Source of the DNA: Candidatus Cloacimonadales bacterium
GTDB taxonomy: Bacteria > Cloacimonadota > Cloacimonadia > Cloacimonadales > DAONDQ01
Length of the DNA stretch: 64,000 nt
NCBI GenBank assembly: GCA_963662275.1
Contig: OY759316.1
Span: 3,328,001-3,392,000, forward strand
Reading direction: 5' to 3'
Below the pieces are notes generated by a model. That model was not told the DNA's origin and did not search any database. It saw only the letters and a program-made list of their open reading frames with translations. Positions 38,265 through 48,836 of the stretch are shown here, in pieces. The translations under genes were made by a program, and so were the position numbers. Each line of letters starts with the position of its first letter. The stretch's first letter is position 1.

Positions 38265-40633
38265 TTACTTCAGCAATATCACTTTCCTGGTATTGGTCTT
38301 ATACCCAGCTTCCAACCTTACAAAATACACACCCGAACCCACAGCTTGTTTATTACTGTCTTTTCCATCCCACACGACCTTATGCTGCCCCAATGGCATA
38401 TTCTCATTGATCAACTGTGCTACTTTCTGCCCTTTGATATTATATACAGACAGGCTCACATGAGAGCTTACAGGAATATGAAAACTTATCGTCGTACTCG
38501 GATTGAACGGATTGGGGTAATTGCACAGCTTCGTAGCAACCACTTCAGCGGGTATTTCCTCTTCATTCCCTGTGGGAGAACCAAACTCATAGCAGCCCAT
38601 ATCAACGCGGTTATTCCAGATACGGTAGTTTCCCGCTAAATCTGCAAGAGGAAGGAACAGCCCTGTGGTATCCGGTGTGCCGCTATCAACGCATGGTGAA
38701 TCTGCAGTCAGATAAAGATAGTTGTCATCAAGCGGATTCGTGCTGGCAAAGAGCGGGTCTAAAGTAGTATTTCCAACACCCCAGGTATAATATTGTGGAG
38801 AAGGTATTAAAGCAGCACCACCTCTAACATCACTGTAATCTATATGAAGATTTGTAGCGACCCCATATGCACCCTGATAGCCAAGCATGATTTCGCGTGT
38901 TGTCGGATTGTTAAATATGCAATTCTTAACATTGATATAACCATTCAGGACAGTTGCTGTTTCCAGTGACGTGTTATTGGCAAAAGTACAGTTTGTTAAA
39001 TTCATCTCACCAGGACTTTCACAGCTTAAGGTATAAGCAGCTCCACCCATTGCATGGCTATCAGTGAACAAACAGTTATCAATTTCTATATGAGTATCTG
39101 TTCCGGTTTTACTTTCTATGCTAACTATACCATGCAATGATTCGGGATTATTGAATGTGGTCTGCCCACCGGAAAAAATGCAATTTCGAATCTGTAAATT
39201 ACCAGTAACTTCAGCTCCAATGTCACAGCCAAGTGCCAGTTCATGAGAAAGATCATCAGCAACATTATCTTTAAAAGTACAATCTTCTATTAAACCGGAA
39301 GAACCATTTAGCCTAATTCCTGCTACACCACTAGATCTGTTGTTTCTAAAAACAGAACGCTGAATAATAACATTGCGACATTGGAAAATACCTAATGATG
39401 GTTCGTTTGAATTAATATGTAAACTGTTTATATATTCCAGAGAGATTTTATCAATCAGAACCCTGGCAGTTACAATCTCAGGAGCTAAAAATATGCCAAA
39501 ATTACCCTGAACATTTGTTCCATTTAAAGTAAATTCACGAAGTTCAATATTTTGAATAACTCTACCAACAATTCCACTTGCAGGGAAAATAGGATCATCT
39601 AAGATTAATCGTGTATCTTCCTGACCACTCCCTACGAAATTAACATATGCTTTTAATTGTATCGGAAAAATCTGACCTTCTGATTGACGGTATTCGCCAG
39701 GTGCAAGATATACTGTTTTGGGATTGAGGCTGTCTGAAGCTATTCTTTGTAATGCTATGGCAATTGCTCGTAATGGACTTGCAGAAGTTAAACCGTCATT
39801 AGCATCATTTCCATCAGGGGAAACAAATAAATCATGGTTGATTTCTGTTATATATGCATGATTTGCAAAAATAATAGGCTGAGAAGGAACTTCGTAAAAT
39901 CCATGATCATTTCTAATGTAATATGTAGATGTAGTGAAAACAGATATAGTATCTGCATAAATAGTAGGTGTTATTTGAAAATTATCAAACAAAATATCAG
40001 ATCCCTGACCACAATAATTGCTATAGAAATTACATCGATTAGTTGCATTGAAATTAACAATAGAATCATAACCAATATATATTCCACCTCCCATAACAGA
40101 AGCAATATTATTATGGATGCTATTTCCCTGCAAACTTATTGAACCAGATGATAAATAGATTCCACCACCCACATCAGATCGATTATCAGAAATTCTATTA
40201 TTAACTAACTCCACATTAGCATGATAACCAATTTGTGCCCCCCCCCCCCCGGATAGAATACATTTTCACCCATACTTCCCTGTCCATTCGTGATTGTGAA
40301 TCCTCTAATTATTGATGCCAGTCCATTGGAGCCAGTTCCAGATACTTTGATGCAACTGCCTAATCTCCGACCGTCTATGATGGTTTGCCCTATATAAACG
40401 GGATTGCCTGTCGTCATTTCTTTGGAACACAGTATAATTCTTTTATTCAGGATTGTAATGTTTTCTAAATACCTTCCGGGATATACTAATACAGTGTCAT
40501 TATCTGCTGATGCGTTTATTGCGGACTGGATGGTAGTGTATTGGGCAGAGCCATCCAGGTTTACGGTATGAGTAAGAGCACAGAGGATTCCTGTTGAGAA
40601 TATAAGTATCATCAATAGCATTGTCTTCGACAT
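38265..40633 (-). pseudogene. Secreted beta-helix (DUF1565/pectin-lyase-like) CTD protein frameshifted at a G13 tract
   Basis: ORF 40633-40205 (signal peptide, TIQSAIN..DTVLVYPGRYLENI) and ORF 40214-38265 (FVSPDGNDANDG, DMGCYE, YPNPFNP..TRKVILLK) join in frame if G13 at 40238-40250 becomes G11 or G14. Confidence 0.85.
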
Positions 40634-40668
40634 ATCTTCTCCAAGATTCTAATTGGAACGCTTACTTT

Positions 40669-40778
40669 AGACCCCCCTACCCCCCTTCTCAAGGGGGGAA
40701 TGTAAGGAGAGTCGCATCTGAACTTAATTTTAGTCTCCCCGTTCTAATCCCCCCTTGAGAAGGGGGGTAGGGGAGTCT
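40669..40778. repeat. Inverted pair of C-rich palindromic repeats (31-bp arms, 1 mismatch)
   Basis: AGACCCCCCTACCCCCCTTCTCAAGGGGGGA at 40669-40699 and its reverse complement at 40748-40778. Confidence 0.9.
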
Positions 40779-40796
40779 TTTTCTGGATCTGTTCCC

Positions 40797-41418
40797 TTAC
40801 TTCAACAGCAGCATTTTCTTTGTGATTCTCTGTCCTTGTGTTTCCAAGCAACAGAAGTATATTCCGCTGGAACAGGCAAGTTTATTTTTATCCCTGCCAT
40901 CCCAGGTTACCTGGTATTTTCCGGACTTCTGTGCCTCATTAGAGAAACTTCGAACCATCTGCCCCCTGATGTTATAAATACTGATCCTGGCAGTACCTTT
41001 TTTTGCCAGGGAGTAATTGATTAGAGTGTGTGCCGAGAAAGGATTTGGGAAGTTCTGGTTTAGCTGGAGTGGATAAGGGGCTACCGGTGGGTTTGAGTTA
41101 TCAAACAACTTGACGAAAGCTCCATTTCTATCTTTCATTGATGTTTCTTCCCTCCCTTTCGTACCTTTATCCTCAACCAAATATGCTGAACAAATTCGTC
41201 GTGGTGCCTTTGTCCCATATTCCAGGCTGAATGTCAGACTTGCCACTTCTTCTTCAGTTAAATCGAGAATATAGGCATTTAATTGAACCCTTGTGCTGTC
41301 AACAACCACCGCTCCCATACAGGCTTCTCCCAGCATAAGACCAACTTCGATAGGGAGACTGTCCTGGATAGCTGTTAAATCCGAATAGGAGCAAGACAAA
41401 AATTAAATAGAATTTCAT
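40797..41418 (-). pseudogene. Internally deleted secreted CTD gene: signal peptide out of frame with the C-terminal domains
   Basis: AGGAG + ATG 41418 gives MKFYLIFVLLLFGFNS and then stops; another frame gives ..IEVGLMLGEACMGAVVV..NFPNPF..ITKKMLLLK. Confidence 0.7.
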
Positions 41419-41646
41419 GATTTTCTCCTACATGATTGATTCTAGTCACTAATAGAATGAATGATTTTTTCCAAATAAATAATTATGTTTTTAAAGAAAA
41501 TAGTTAGAATATATTTAGTAACTATTTTTCCTTTCTCGAATGTATTTAAACTAATTGTTAAAGACAACTTTGTTGAAACTACAAGTGACAGTTTTTCAAT
41601 ATTATTTTTACATTGACAAGTTATCAGTAATTCTTCATAAAAAGTC

Positions 41647-43731
41647 ATGAATGATTTACAATCTGATATTCAGTATTTGAAGGGCGTTGGAGAAAGACGC
41701 GCTATTTTAATGCGTCGCTTAGGCATTCGCACGATAGGCGACCTATTGGAATTTTTTCCAAGATATTACATCAATCGCCAGGTGGATACTCCTATCTATG
41801 AATTATTACCGGGAGTCCAAGCTGCTTTAGTAGGTACAATCAGTGATTTTCAAATTAAAAAGCTATCTAGTGGAAGAAGTCAATTGAATGTAGTCATTAG
41901 TGATGGGAAGAGCAGTCTTCTCTGTACTTGGTTTCAATATGGAGAGTGGTTGACAAAAGCTATCAAGCCAAGCGCTCGAATGTGGGTGAGCGGAATGGTG
42001 ACTGAATTCAGTGGCAGGCTGCAAATCATTCATCCTGATTATGAAATCCTGGAAGATGAGAAAGAAGAAACCGGCTTCTGGAAAAACAGATCAACTTTAC
42101 CTGTGTATCCCTTAACAGAAAATCTGAATATCAAGCTGATGCGGAATCTGGTTGTCCAAGCATTTTCGCAATACAGCGAGCAAATAGAAGAGACTTTACC
42201 CGAACAGATGATTACTCAATTTGAATTCATCCCGCGTAAAATCGCCTTAGAGAAAATGCACTTTACTCAACATCCTGATAATGTAGAGGAAATCAGACGT
42301 CGTTTTGTCTTTGAAGAATTTTTGTACAGTCAATTATTATGGGCACGCAGTCGTTATCACGTCCAGAAGGAAGTTCCGGGGTATGCCTTCCTACCACAGA
42401 AAACATACACAACAAAACTGAAGAACAAACTGCCGTTTCAATTGACGGGTGCACAGAAACGGGTTCTGAAAGAGATTTTTTCAGATATGGAGAAACCAAA
42501 GCCTATGCAGAGGCTTCTTCAAGGTGATGTGGGGTCAGGTAAAACGGTTGTCACCTTATTTGCTATGCTGCTGGCTGTTGAGAATGGCTTTCAGGCAGTT
42601 ATCATGGCACCGACCGAAATATTAGCCGAGCAGCATTATCGCAATGTGTCACAACTCCTGGAAGAACAGCCTGAAATCAAGATCGCCATCTTGAAAGGTG
42701 GAGCCTATAAAGGAAAGAACCAGGTGAAAGAAGAGATTGCAAATGGCAGTATCCATATCATTATTGGAACTCACGCACTCATTCAAAAAGATGTCGAATA
42801 TCATAAAATAGGATTTGTTGCCATTGATGAACAACATCGCTTCGGTGTGGAACAAAGAGCCGAATTATATCGCAAGTCAGGAGCACATCCTGATCTCTTA
42901 TATTTGTCAGCCACACCAATCCCAAGATCTTTGGCTATGACTGTGTTTGGTGATTTGGAAGTCAGCAGGTTAGATGAAATGCCTCCAAATCGTCAATCGA
43001 TCCATACGATTTGGCGTAATGAACGTCAGAAACCGGAGATTTATAAAGCAATCCATGCAGAATTGGTAAAAGGCAGACAAATCTATATTGTATGTCCTCT
43101 TATTGAAGAATCCGAAAAGAGTGATCTTCTTGATGCCGAGACATTGTTTAAGCAGATATCGGAACATGTTTATCCCAAATTCAAATCTGCAATTCTTCAT
43201 GGCAGGATGACTAATGAGATGAAGAATACAATTATGCATTCCTATCAGTCAGGTGAAATACAAATACTTGTATCAACAACAGTTATTGAAGTGGGCGTTG
43301 ATGTAGCCAATGCGACCGTGATGATGATTGAACATGCGGAACGATTTGGACTGGCACAATTGCATCAGTTACGCGGTCGAGTTGGAAGAGGGACAGAAAA
43401 ATCATATTGTTATTTAATCGGCTATCCTCCTATTTCATCTATAGGAAGAGAAAGATTAAATACTATGGTTCAAACGCAGGATGGCTTTCTGATTGCAGAA
43501 AAGGATTTAGAGCTGCGAGGACCAGGGGAATTCTTTGGAAAAGAACAATCTGGTTTGCCCATATTCAAACATGCTAATCTCGTAAAAGACCAGGAGATGT
43601 TAAGGATTGCACGAAGTGTTGCTTTTCAGATCATAGAAGAAGATTACTCCCTTCAAAAAGTAGAACTTCGTCTCCTGCATAAAAAATACATGGCAGAGTA
43701 TTTAGCCAGGGAACAGATGATCAGTTACTGA
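41647..43731 (+). CDS. recG: ATP-dependent DNA helicase RecG
   Basis: LKGVGERRA, LQGDVGSGKT, DEQHRFG, SATPIPRSL, AERFGLAQLHQLRGRVGRG. Confidence 0.97.
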   Translation: MNDLQSDIQYLKGVGERRAILMRRLGIRTIGDLLEFFPRYYINRQVDTPIYELLPGVQAALVGTISDFQIKKLSSGRSQLNVVISDGKSSLLCTWFQYGEWLTKAIKPSARMWVSGMVTEFSGRLQIIHPDYEILEDEKEETGFWKNRSTLPVYPLTENLNIKLMRNLVVQAFSQYSEQIEETLPEQMITQFEFIPRKIALEKMHFTQHPDNVEEIRRRFVFEEFLYSQLLWARSRYHVQKEVPGYAFLPQKTYTTKLKNKLPFQLTGAQKRVLKEIFSDMEKPKPMQRLLQGDVGSGKTVVTLFAMLLAVENGFQAVIMAPTEILAEQHYRNVSQLLEEQPEIKIAILKGGAYKGKNQVKEEIANGSIHIIIGTHALIQKDVEYHKIGFVAIDEQHRFGVEQRAELYRKSGAHPDLLYLSATPIPRSLAMTVFGDLEVSRLDEMPPNRQSIHTIWRNERQKPEIYKAIHAELVKGRQIYIVCPLIEESEKSDLLDAETLFKQISEHVYPKFKSAILHGRMTNEMKNTIMHSYQSGEIQILVSTTVIEVGVDVANATVMMIEHAERFGLAQLHQLRGRVGRGTEKSYCYLIGYPPISSIGRERLNTMVQTQDGFLIAEKDLELRGPGEFFGKEQSGLPIFKHANLVKDQEMLRIARSVAFQIIEEDYSLQKVELRLLHKKYMAEYLAREQMISY

Positions 43732-45669
43732 CCATTTCTGTACTACCTCCACGATATCCTTCTTTGTGAAAGGCTTAGAAATATAATCATCAAATCCTTT
43801 TGCCAGGAGAGCTTCCTTATCACCAACCATGGCATAACCGGTAACGGCAATCAGCGGTACATTTTCATAACCGGGCAGTTTACGAATCCGATGCGCTGCT
43901 TCAATGCCATTTAATCCAATACCAAGATTGATATCCATGAGAATAATATCAAATGGTTTTTGCGAAGCCAGGTGAATTGCCATGACACCGTCACGGGTAT
44001 AAGTAATGAAATGGCAATCGTGCAAATAATTGCGAATGACCTCTGAATTAAAAGGATTATCCTCAACGACAAGAAATCTCTTAGTAAGATAATCCGTAGT
44101 GTTTAGATATTTGGGCTGGTCGTAAGTTTTCTCTGAAACAGCACTTATTTTTTCTTTGGCAGCAGGTAGTGTCAGGAAGAAAGTGGAACCAAGTCCGGGA
44201 GTGCTTTCAACTTCTAATCTTCCCCCCAGCAATTCAGCAGATTTACTTGCCAAGCTAAGCCCCAAACCAACACCTTCAAAGTTTCTTCCATAACCTTCGC
44301 TAACCTGTCGGAATTCATCAAAGATTAGTTTCTGATTTTCCAAGGCAATACCGATTCCCGTATCTTTGACTGTTAAAGTGATCCAAACTTGACCATCGAT
44401 AGAATTTTTTTGATGAGAAACATAGATTTCGCCTTTTTCCGTATATTTGATCGCATTTTCAATCAGGTTATGCATGATCCTGGAAAAAATACGTTCATCA
44501 ATATTAACAAGATAACCTTCCGGAATGGAATCAAAACGAAGTTTCAAATCACTTTTTTCGGCATAACTTTTATGACTTTTAATGATTGCTGGAAGAATAT
44601 CACCTAATTCAATTGTTTGTAGTTTCGGTTTGGCTCTCTCTGATTCAAGCATTGATATATCAAGAATGGAAGTAATTGTTGCTTCCAGTCGCTGGGCAGA
44701 AATGATAATATTCTGAACCATATCCTGTTGCCCTTCCGTGATAGGTTCCTGTGTCAGAAAATCAGCAAATCCGATGATGGCATTCATCGGAGTTCTTAAT
44801 TCATGGCTCATGTTTCGCAGGAGTGATTCTTTCAGACGGGATGATTCCTCTGCTTTCTCTTTGGCTATGATTAAATCCTGTTGTATGCTTTTCCGTTCCG
44901 TAATATCTTCCAATACTGCTAAATAACTGACAATTTCGCCATTATCATCCTTAATAGCTGAAATGGAAGCAGATTCCCAAAACAACTCACCATTCTTTTT
45001 CTTGTTATGAAAATCTCCATGCCATTCATTACCCAAAGTGATCGTTTTCCACAATTCAATATATACATCAGGAGTGGATTCACCTGACTTCAAAATGCGG
45101 GGATTTTGCCCAATTACTTCCTCATAGGTATATCCCGTGATCTCAGAAAACTTGGGATTTACATACTCAATCTCACCATTGGCATCTGTCATAATGATCA
45201 TGACAGGACTTTGCTCAACTGCACGGGAGAGTTTTCGTACTTCAATTTCCGCCATTTTACGACGAATCTCTTCCTGGTGATGCTGATGTTTCAATTGATA
45301 TTCCTGGAGAGCTCTTTCCACGGCTGGAATAAAACGAGCCAGATTATTCTTCAATACATAATCATAGGCACCAGCCTTAATCATATTCACGGCTTTGTCT
45401 TCACCGATCAGTCCGGATACAATAATGAACGGAATTTCCAGGTTCAAGGATTTATAAATTTCCAAGGCAACATTACCATCAAAATGAGGTAAAATGTAAT
45501 CGCAAATAATCAGATCCCAAAATTCATTTTTAAGTGTCTTCTGCAATTCCTCTGCTGTTTGTACCTGTGTATGTTTGACTTCATAACCAGCAATACGCAT
45601 TTCTCTTAAAATTAGTAAAAGATCATTTTCATTATCTTCAATAAAAATTACTTTCAGATTTTTACTCAT
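43702..45669 (-). CDS. Cytoplasmic hybrid histidine kinase (REC-PAS-HisKA-HATPase-REC)
   Basis: IEDNEND..CDY; PAS YVNPKF..GQNPRILKSG; MSHELRTPMN; DTGIGI; GLGL; terminal VEDN..MDI..KP. Confidence 0.92.
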   Translation of the reverse strand: MSKNLKVIFIEDNENDLLLILREMRIAGYEVKHTQVQTAEELQKTLKNEFWDLIICDYILPHFDGNVALEIYKSLNLEIPFIIVSGLIGEDKAVNMIKAGAYDYVLKNNLARFIPAVERALQEYQLKHQHHQEEIRRKMAEIEVRKLSRAVEQSPVMIIMTDANGEIEYVNPKFSEITGYTYEEVIGQNPRILKSGESTPDVYIELWKTITLGNEWHGDFHNKKKNGELFWESASISAIKDDNGEIVSYLAVLEDITERKSIQQDLIIAKEKAEESSRLKESLLRNMSHELRTPMNAIIGFADFLTQEPITEGQQDMVQNIIISAQRLEATITSILDISMLESERAKPKLQTIELGDILPAIIKSHKSYAEKSDLKLRFDSIPEGYLVNIDERIFSRIMHNLIENAIKYTEKGEIYVSHQKNSIDGQVWITLTVKDTGIGIALENQKLIFDEFRQVSEGYGRNFEGVGLGLSLASKSAELLGGRLEVESTPGLGSTFFLTLPAAKEKISAVSEKTYDQPKYLNTTDYLTKRFLVVEDNPFNSEVIRNYLHDCHFITYTRDGVMAIHLASQKPFDIILMDINLGIGLNGIEAAHRIRKLPGYENVPLIAVTGYAMVGDKEALLAKGFDDYISKPFTKKDIVEVVQKWSVTDHLFPG

Positions 45670-46118
45670 AAATTTTCTCCCAAGATTGGTGGCAGTTCAT
45701 TGAGAACAAGCCAATAGCGACCTAATTGTTCAATGGTATTCATGAATTGGTTAAAATCAATAGGTTTGCGAATGTAGCTATTGGCACCAAGTGAATAACA
45801 GATTATCAGATCCTTTTCCTCCCGTGATGATGTTAAAATGACAACGGGGAGAAGCTTTGTTCGAGGATTGGAACGAATCAATTGAAGTACTTCCAATCCA
45901 TTCATTTTGGGAAGTTTCAAATCCAGTAAGATAATAGATGGAAGTGTTGTTTGTTCAGCATTTGCATAATTTCCCTGGTTGAAGAGATAATCGATAGCAA
46001 TAGCGCCATCTGTCATAACAACAACTTCATTATCGATTTTATTCTTTTGTAGGGCACGTATTGTCAGGTCAATTTCATCAGGATTATCTTCGATTAGAAG
46101 TATCGTCCGTGCACTCAT
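45666..46118 (-). CDS. Single-domain response regulator (Rcp1-like)
   Basis: IEDNPDE, LLDLKLPKMNGLEVL, ILTSSREEKD, GANSYIRKP. Confidence 0.92.
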   Translation of the reverse strand: MSARTILLIEDNPDEIDLTIRALQKNKIDNEVVVMTDGAIAIDYLFNQGNYANAEQTTLPSIILLDLKLPKMNGLEVLQLIRSNPRTKLLPVVILTSSREEKDLIICYSLGANSYIRKPIDFNQFMNTIEQLGRYWLVLNELPPILGENL

Positions 46119-46349
46119 ATCTTACTCCCTGATCCATAATTTATTCTTATAACATATGACTAAATTTAGTAATCCAACAAAAAAATAAGCTTTAATTAGA
46201 TGAATTATTATGTCAACTCTTATTCTAAAACCTGCAAATTCAGTATTAGGTAACTGACACGGTATGAAGTAAATCGATTGTGCTTGACAATATTGCAGAC
46301 CCAGAAATACTTCGTTTCGCTATCGAGTAAATACTATAAGGAGAAAGGA

Positions 46350-46778
46350 ATGAAGACATTGACCCCAAAACCAGGTCAGATTGACCAAGGCTGGCATTTG
46401 ATCGATGCTTCGGACATGACCTTAGGTAGGCTTGCTACACAGATAGCTTCGATTCTTAGAGGCAAAAATAAACCATATTTTGTGCCCAACATTGATACTG
46501 GTGATTTTATCGTGGTTATTAATGCAGAAAAAGTAAGAATATCAGGTAGTAAGTTTCTACAGAAGTTCTACAAGGATTATAGCGGTTATCCCAGCGGTTT
46601 AAGAGAAACCCCGTATGCCCGTATGATCCAGGAAAATCCCGAACAGATCATTCAACGTGCTGTTAAAGGAATGCTCCCCAAAAACACATTGGGACGGCAG
46701 ATGATCACAAAATTGAAAGTCTATAGTGGACAGGAACATCCGCATCAAGCACAGCAACCTGTACCATTTAGACCGTAG
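46350..46778 (+). CDS. rplM: 50S ribosomal protein L13
   Basis: [31 protein letters not shown]; start at ATG 46350. Confidence 0.97.
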   Translation: MKTLTPKPGQIDQGWHLIDASDMTLGRLATQIASILRGKNKPYFVPNIDTGDFIVVINAEKVRISGSKFLQKFYKDYSGYPSGLRETPYARMIQENPEQIIQRAVKGMLPKNTLGRQMITKLKVYSGQEHPHQAQQPVPFRP

Positions 46779-46789
46779 GAGGAAATTGG

Positions 46790-47176
46790 ATGCAATATTT
46801 TGATGCAGTAGGCAGAAGAAAAACTGCAACCGCTCGGGTTAGATTGACCCCGGGAACAGGAAAGCGAATCATCAATAATGTTCAGATGAAGAAATATCTT
46901 CAGCGTGAAGTATTGGAAATGGTAGTGGAACAGCCTTTTGAAATTGCAGATCTCAGTGAAAAATTTGATATGAAAGTGAACGTGGTCGGCGGTGGTCTTA
47001 GTGGCCAGGCAGGAGCGATCCGGCATGGTATTTCTCGTGCCTTACTGAAATATGATGAAGCCCTGAGAGAAGGTTTAAAGAAACGTGGTTTTCTGACTCG
47101 TGACCCGCGTATGGTGGAACGTAAAAAAGCCGGACGTCCGAAAGCGAGAAAAAGATTCCAGTTCTCTAAACGTTAA
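46790..47176 (+). CDS. rpsI: 30S ribosomal protein S9
   Basis: [35 protein letters not shown]. Confidence 0.98.
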   Translation: MQYFDAVGRRKTATARVRLTPGTGKRIINNVQMKKYLQREVLEMVVEQPFEIADLSEKFDMKVNVVGGGLSGQAGAIRHGISRALLKYDEALREGLKKRGFLTRDPRMVERKKAGRPKARKRFQFSKR

Positions 47177-47199
47177 AATAGTTTTTTATTCTTCCTATA

Positions 47200-47280
47200 G
47201 GGAGTTGCAAGGCGGTGTTTCCCGTGGAAACTGGATTGCTTATATCCCGATATGGAATATTAACCGTAACATTTAAGGAG
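47200..47280 (+). promoter_or_regulatory. Putative S2 (rpsB) autoregulatory leader RNA
   Basis: GGCGGTG-hairpin(GTTTCC..GGAAAC)..ATGGAATATTAACCG; the CGGT/ACCG pairing resembles rpsB leader architecture. Confidence 0.5.
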
Positions 47281-47287
47281 TAAATGA

Positions 47288-48097
47288 ATGTCTGTTGTAT
47301 CAATGAAACAACTCTTGGAAGCGGGTGTACATTTTGGACACCAAACACATAAATGGAATCCCAAGATGAAGAAATATATCTTTATCAAACGTAATGGGAT
47401 TCACATTCTTGATCTGAAACAAACGGTAGATTCCATCAATGATGCCTACCAGTTTGTGAAAGATATTGCCGGCAAAGGTGAATACCTGCTCTTTGTCGGA
47501 ACGAAGAAACAAGCTCAGGATGCAGTCAAACAAGCTGCTGAAAAAGCCAATGTTTTCTACGTTAATAATCGCTGGTACGGTGGTATGCTTACGAATATGC
47601 AAACTATTCGTAAAAGTATTGAAAAGATGGAATACTTTGAACAGATCGTCACTGACGGTACTGTCAGTAGTTATACCAAACTTGAACAAGGGCGTATGAA
47701 ACGTAAGCATGACAAGATAGAAGGCGCTCTAGGTGGAATCAGGGGAATGAACAGACAGCCTGGTGCAGTCTTTATTGTCGATACCGAACATGAAGAAATT
47801 GCCGTTGCTGAAGCTCGTAAACTTGGTATCCCAATTATCGGTATGGTAGACACAAACTGCAATCCTGATGTGGTTGATTATGTGATTCCTTCCAATGATG
47901 ATGCAATTCGTGCCATTTATCTGATTGCAGATATTATTGCGAATGCTGTCATTGAAGGTAAACAATCTTTAGCTGAAGGTGTAGATGCAGCTCCCCTGGT
48001 AATTCCTGAAATTGATCCTTCTCTTGAGGGTGAAGAGGAAAAACCGGTCGTTGATGTTGCTCTTGAAGAAATGCTGGAAACAGTAACAGAAGAATAA
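47288..48097 (+). CDS. rpsB: 30S ribosomal protein S2
   Basis: LLEAGVHFGH..WNPKM, FVGTKKQA, DTNCNPD, PSNDDAIRA. Confidence 0.98.
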   Translation: MSVVSMKQLLEAGVHFGHQTHKWNPKMKKYIFIKRNGIHILDLKQTVDSINDAYQFVKDIAGKGEYLLFVGTKKQAQDAVKQAAEKANVFYVNNRWYGGMLTNMQTIRKSIEKMEYFEQIVTDGTVSSYTKLEQGRMKRKHDKIEGALGGIRGMNRQPGAVFIVDTEHEEIAVAEARKLGIPIIGMVDTNCNPDVVDYVIPSNDDAIRAIYLIADIIANAVIEGKQSLAEGVDAAPLVIPEIDPSLEGEEEKPVVDVALEEMLETVTEE

Positions 48098-48111
48098 ACG
48101 ATTTCCATAAT

Positions 48112-48144
48112 GGGGGAGATCGTGATTGATCTCTCCCTTTTTTT
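48112..48144 (+). terminator. Terminator/attenuator between rpsB and tsf
   Basis: GGGGGAGATC-GTGATT-GATCTCTCCC followed by T7. Confidence 0.7.
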
Positions 48145-48227
48145 ATCCACGAACCTCTATCCGGATTACTTTCAATACTTGAAACGACAATCCGCTTCGG
48201 AGGCAAGCCAATTAGAAAGGAGTTCCA

Positions 48228-48824
48228 ATGGTAGAAATCACTGCTGCCCTGGTAAAAGAGTTAAGAGACAGAACTAGTGTAGGCATGATGGAATGCAAGA
48301 AAGCATTAGTAGAAATGAACGGTAATATCGATGAAGCCATTAAATATTTACGCGAAAAAGGTATCAGCAAAGCTGCTGCCAAAGCCTCACGTGAGACAAA
48401 AGAAGGCTTGATCTTCTCTTATGTGCACTCAAATCACAAACTTGGTGTACTCGTTGAAGTCAATTGTGAATCAGATTTCGTGGCTCGTACAGATAACTTT
48501 AAAGCTCTGTGCAAGGACATTGCCATGCAGGTTGCTGCATCAAATCCTATCGCTATCGAACCGACTGATATTGATCCTAAGCTCATTGAATCTGAGAAGG
48601 AAATAGCCAGGAACAAAGCGATCAATGAAGGAAAACCGGAAAAGATCATCGACAAGATCGTGGAAGGTTCCATTCAAAAGTTTTGTAAGGATAATTCCCT
48701 TTTAGACCAAGAATACATTAAGGATCCACAACGCACTATTCGCATGTTGCTGCATGATGCAGTGATGTCGATGGGCGAGAATATCAAAGTTGCACGCTTC
48801 GTACGTTATTCCCTAGGTGAATAA
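48228..48824 (+). CDS. tsf: Elongation factor Ts, short form
   Basis: VKELRDRTSVGMMECKKAL, EVNCESDFVA; 198 aa. Confidence 0.96.
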   Translation: MVEITAALVKELRDRTSVGMMECKKALVEMNGNIDEAIKYLREKGISKAAAKASRETKEGLIFSYVHSNHKLGVLVEVNCESDFVARTDNFKALCKDIAMQVAASNPIAIEPTDIDPKLIESEKEIARNKAINEGKPEKIIDKIVEGSIQKFCKDNSLLDQEYIKDPQRTIRMLLHDAVMSMGENIKVARFVRYSLGE

Positions 48825-48836
48825 TCGGGAGTTCTT

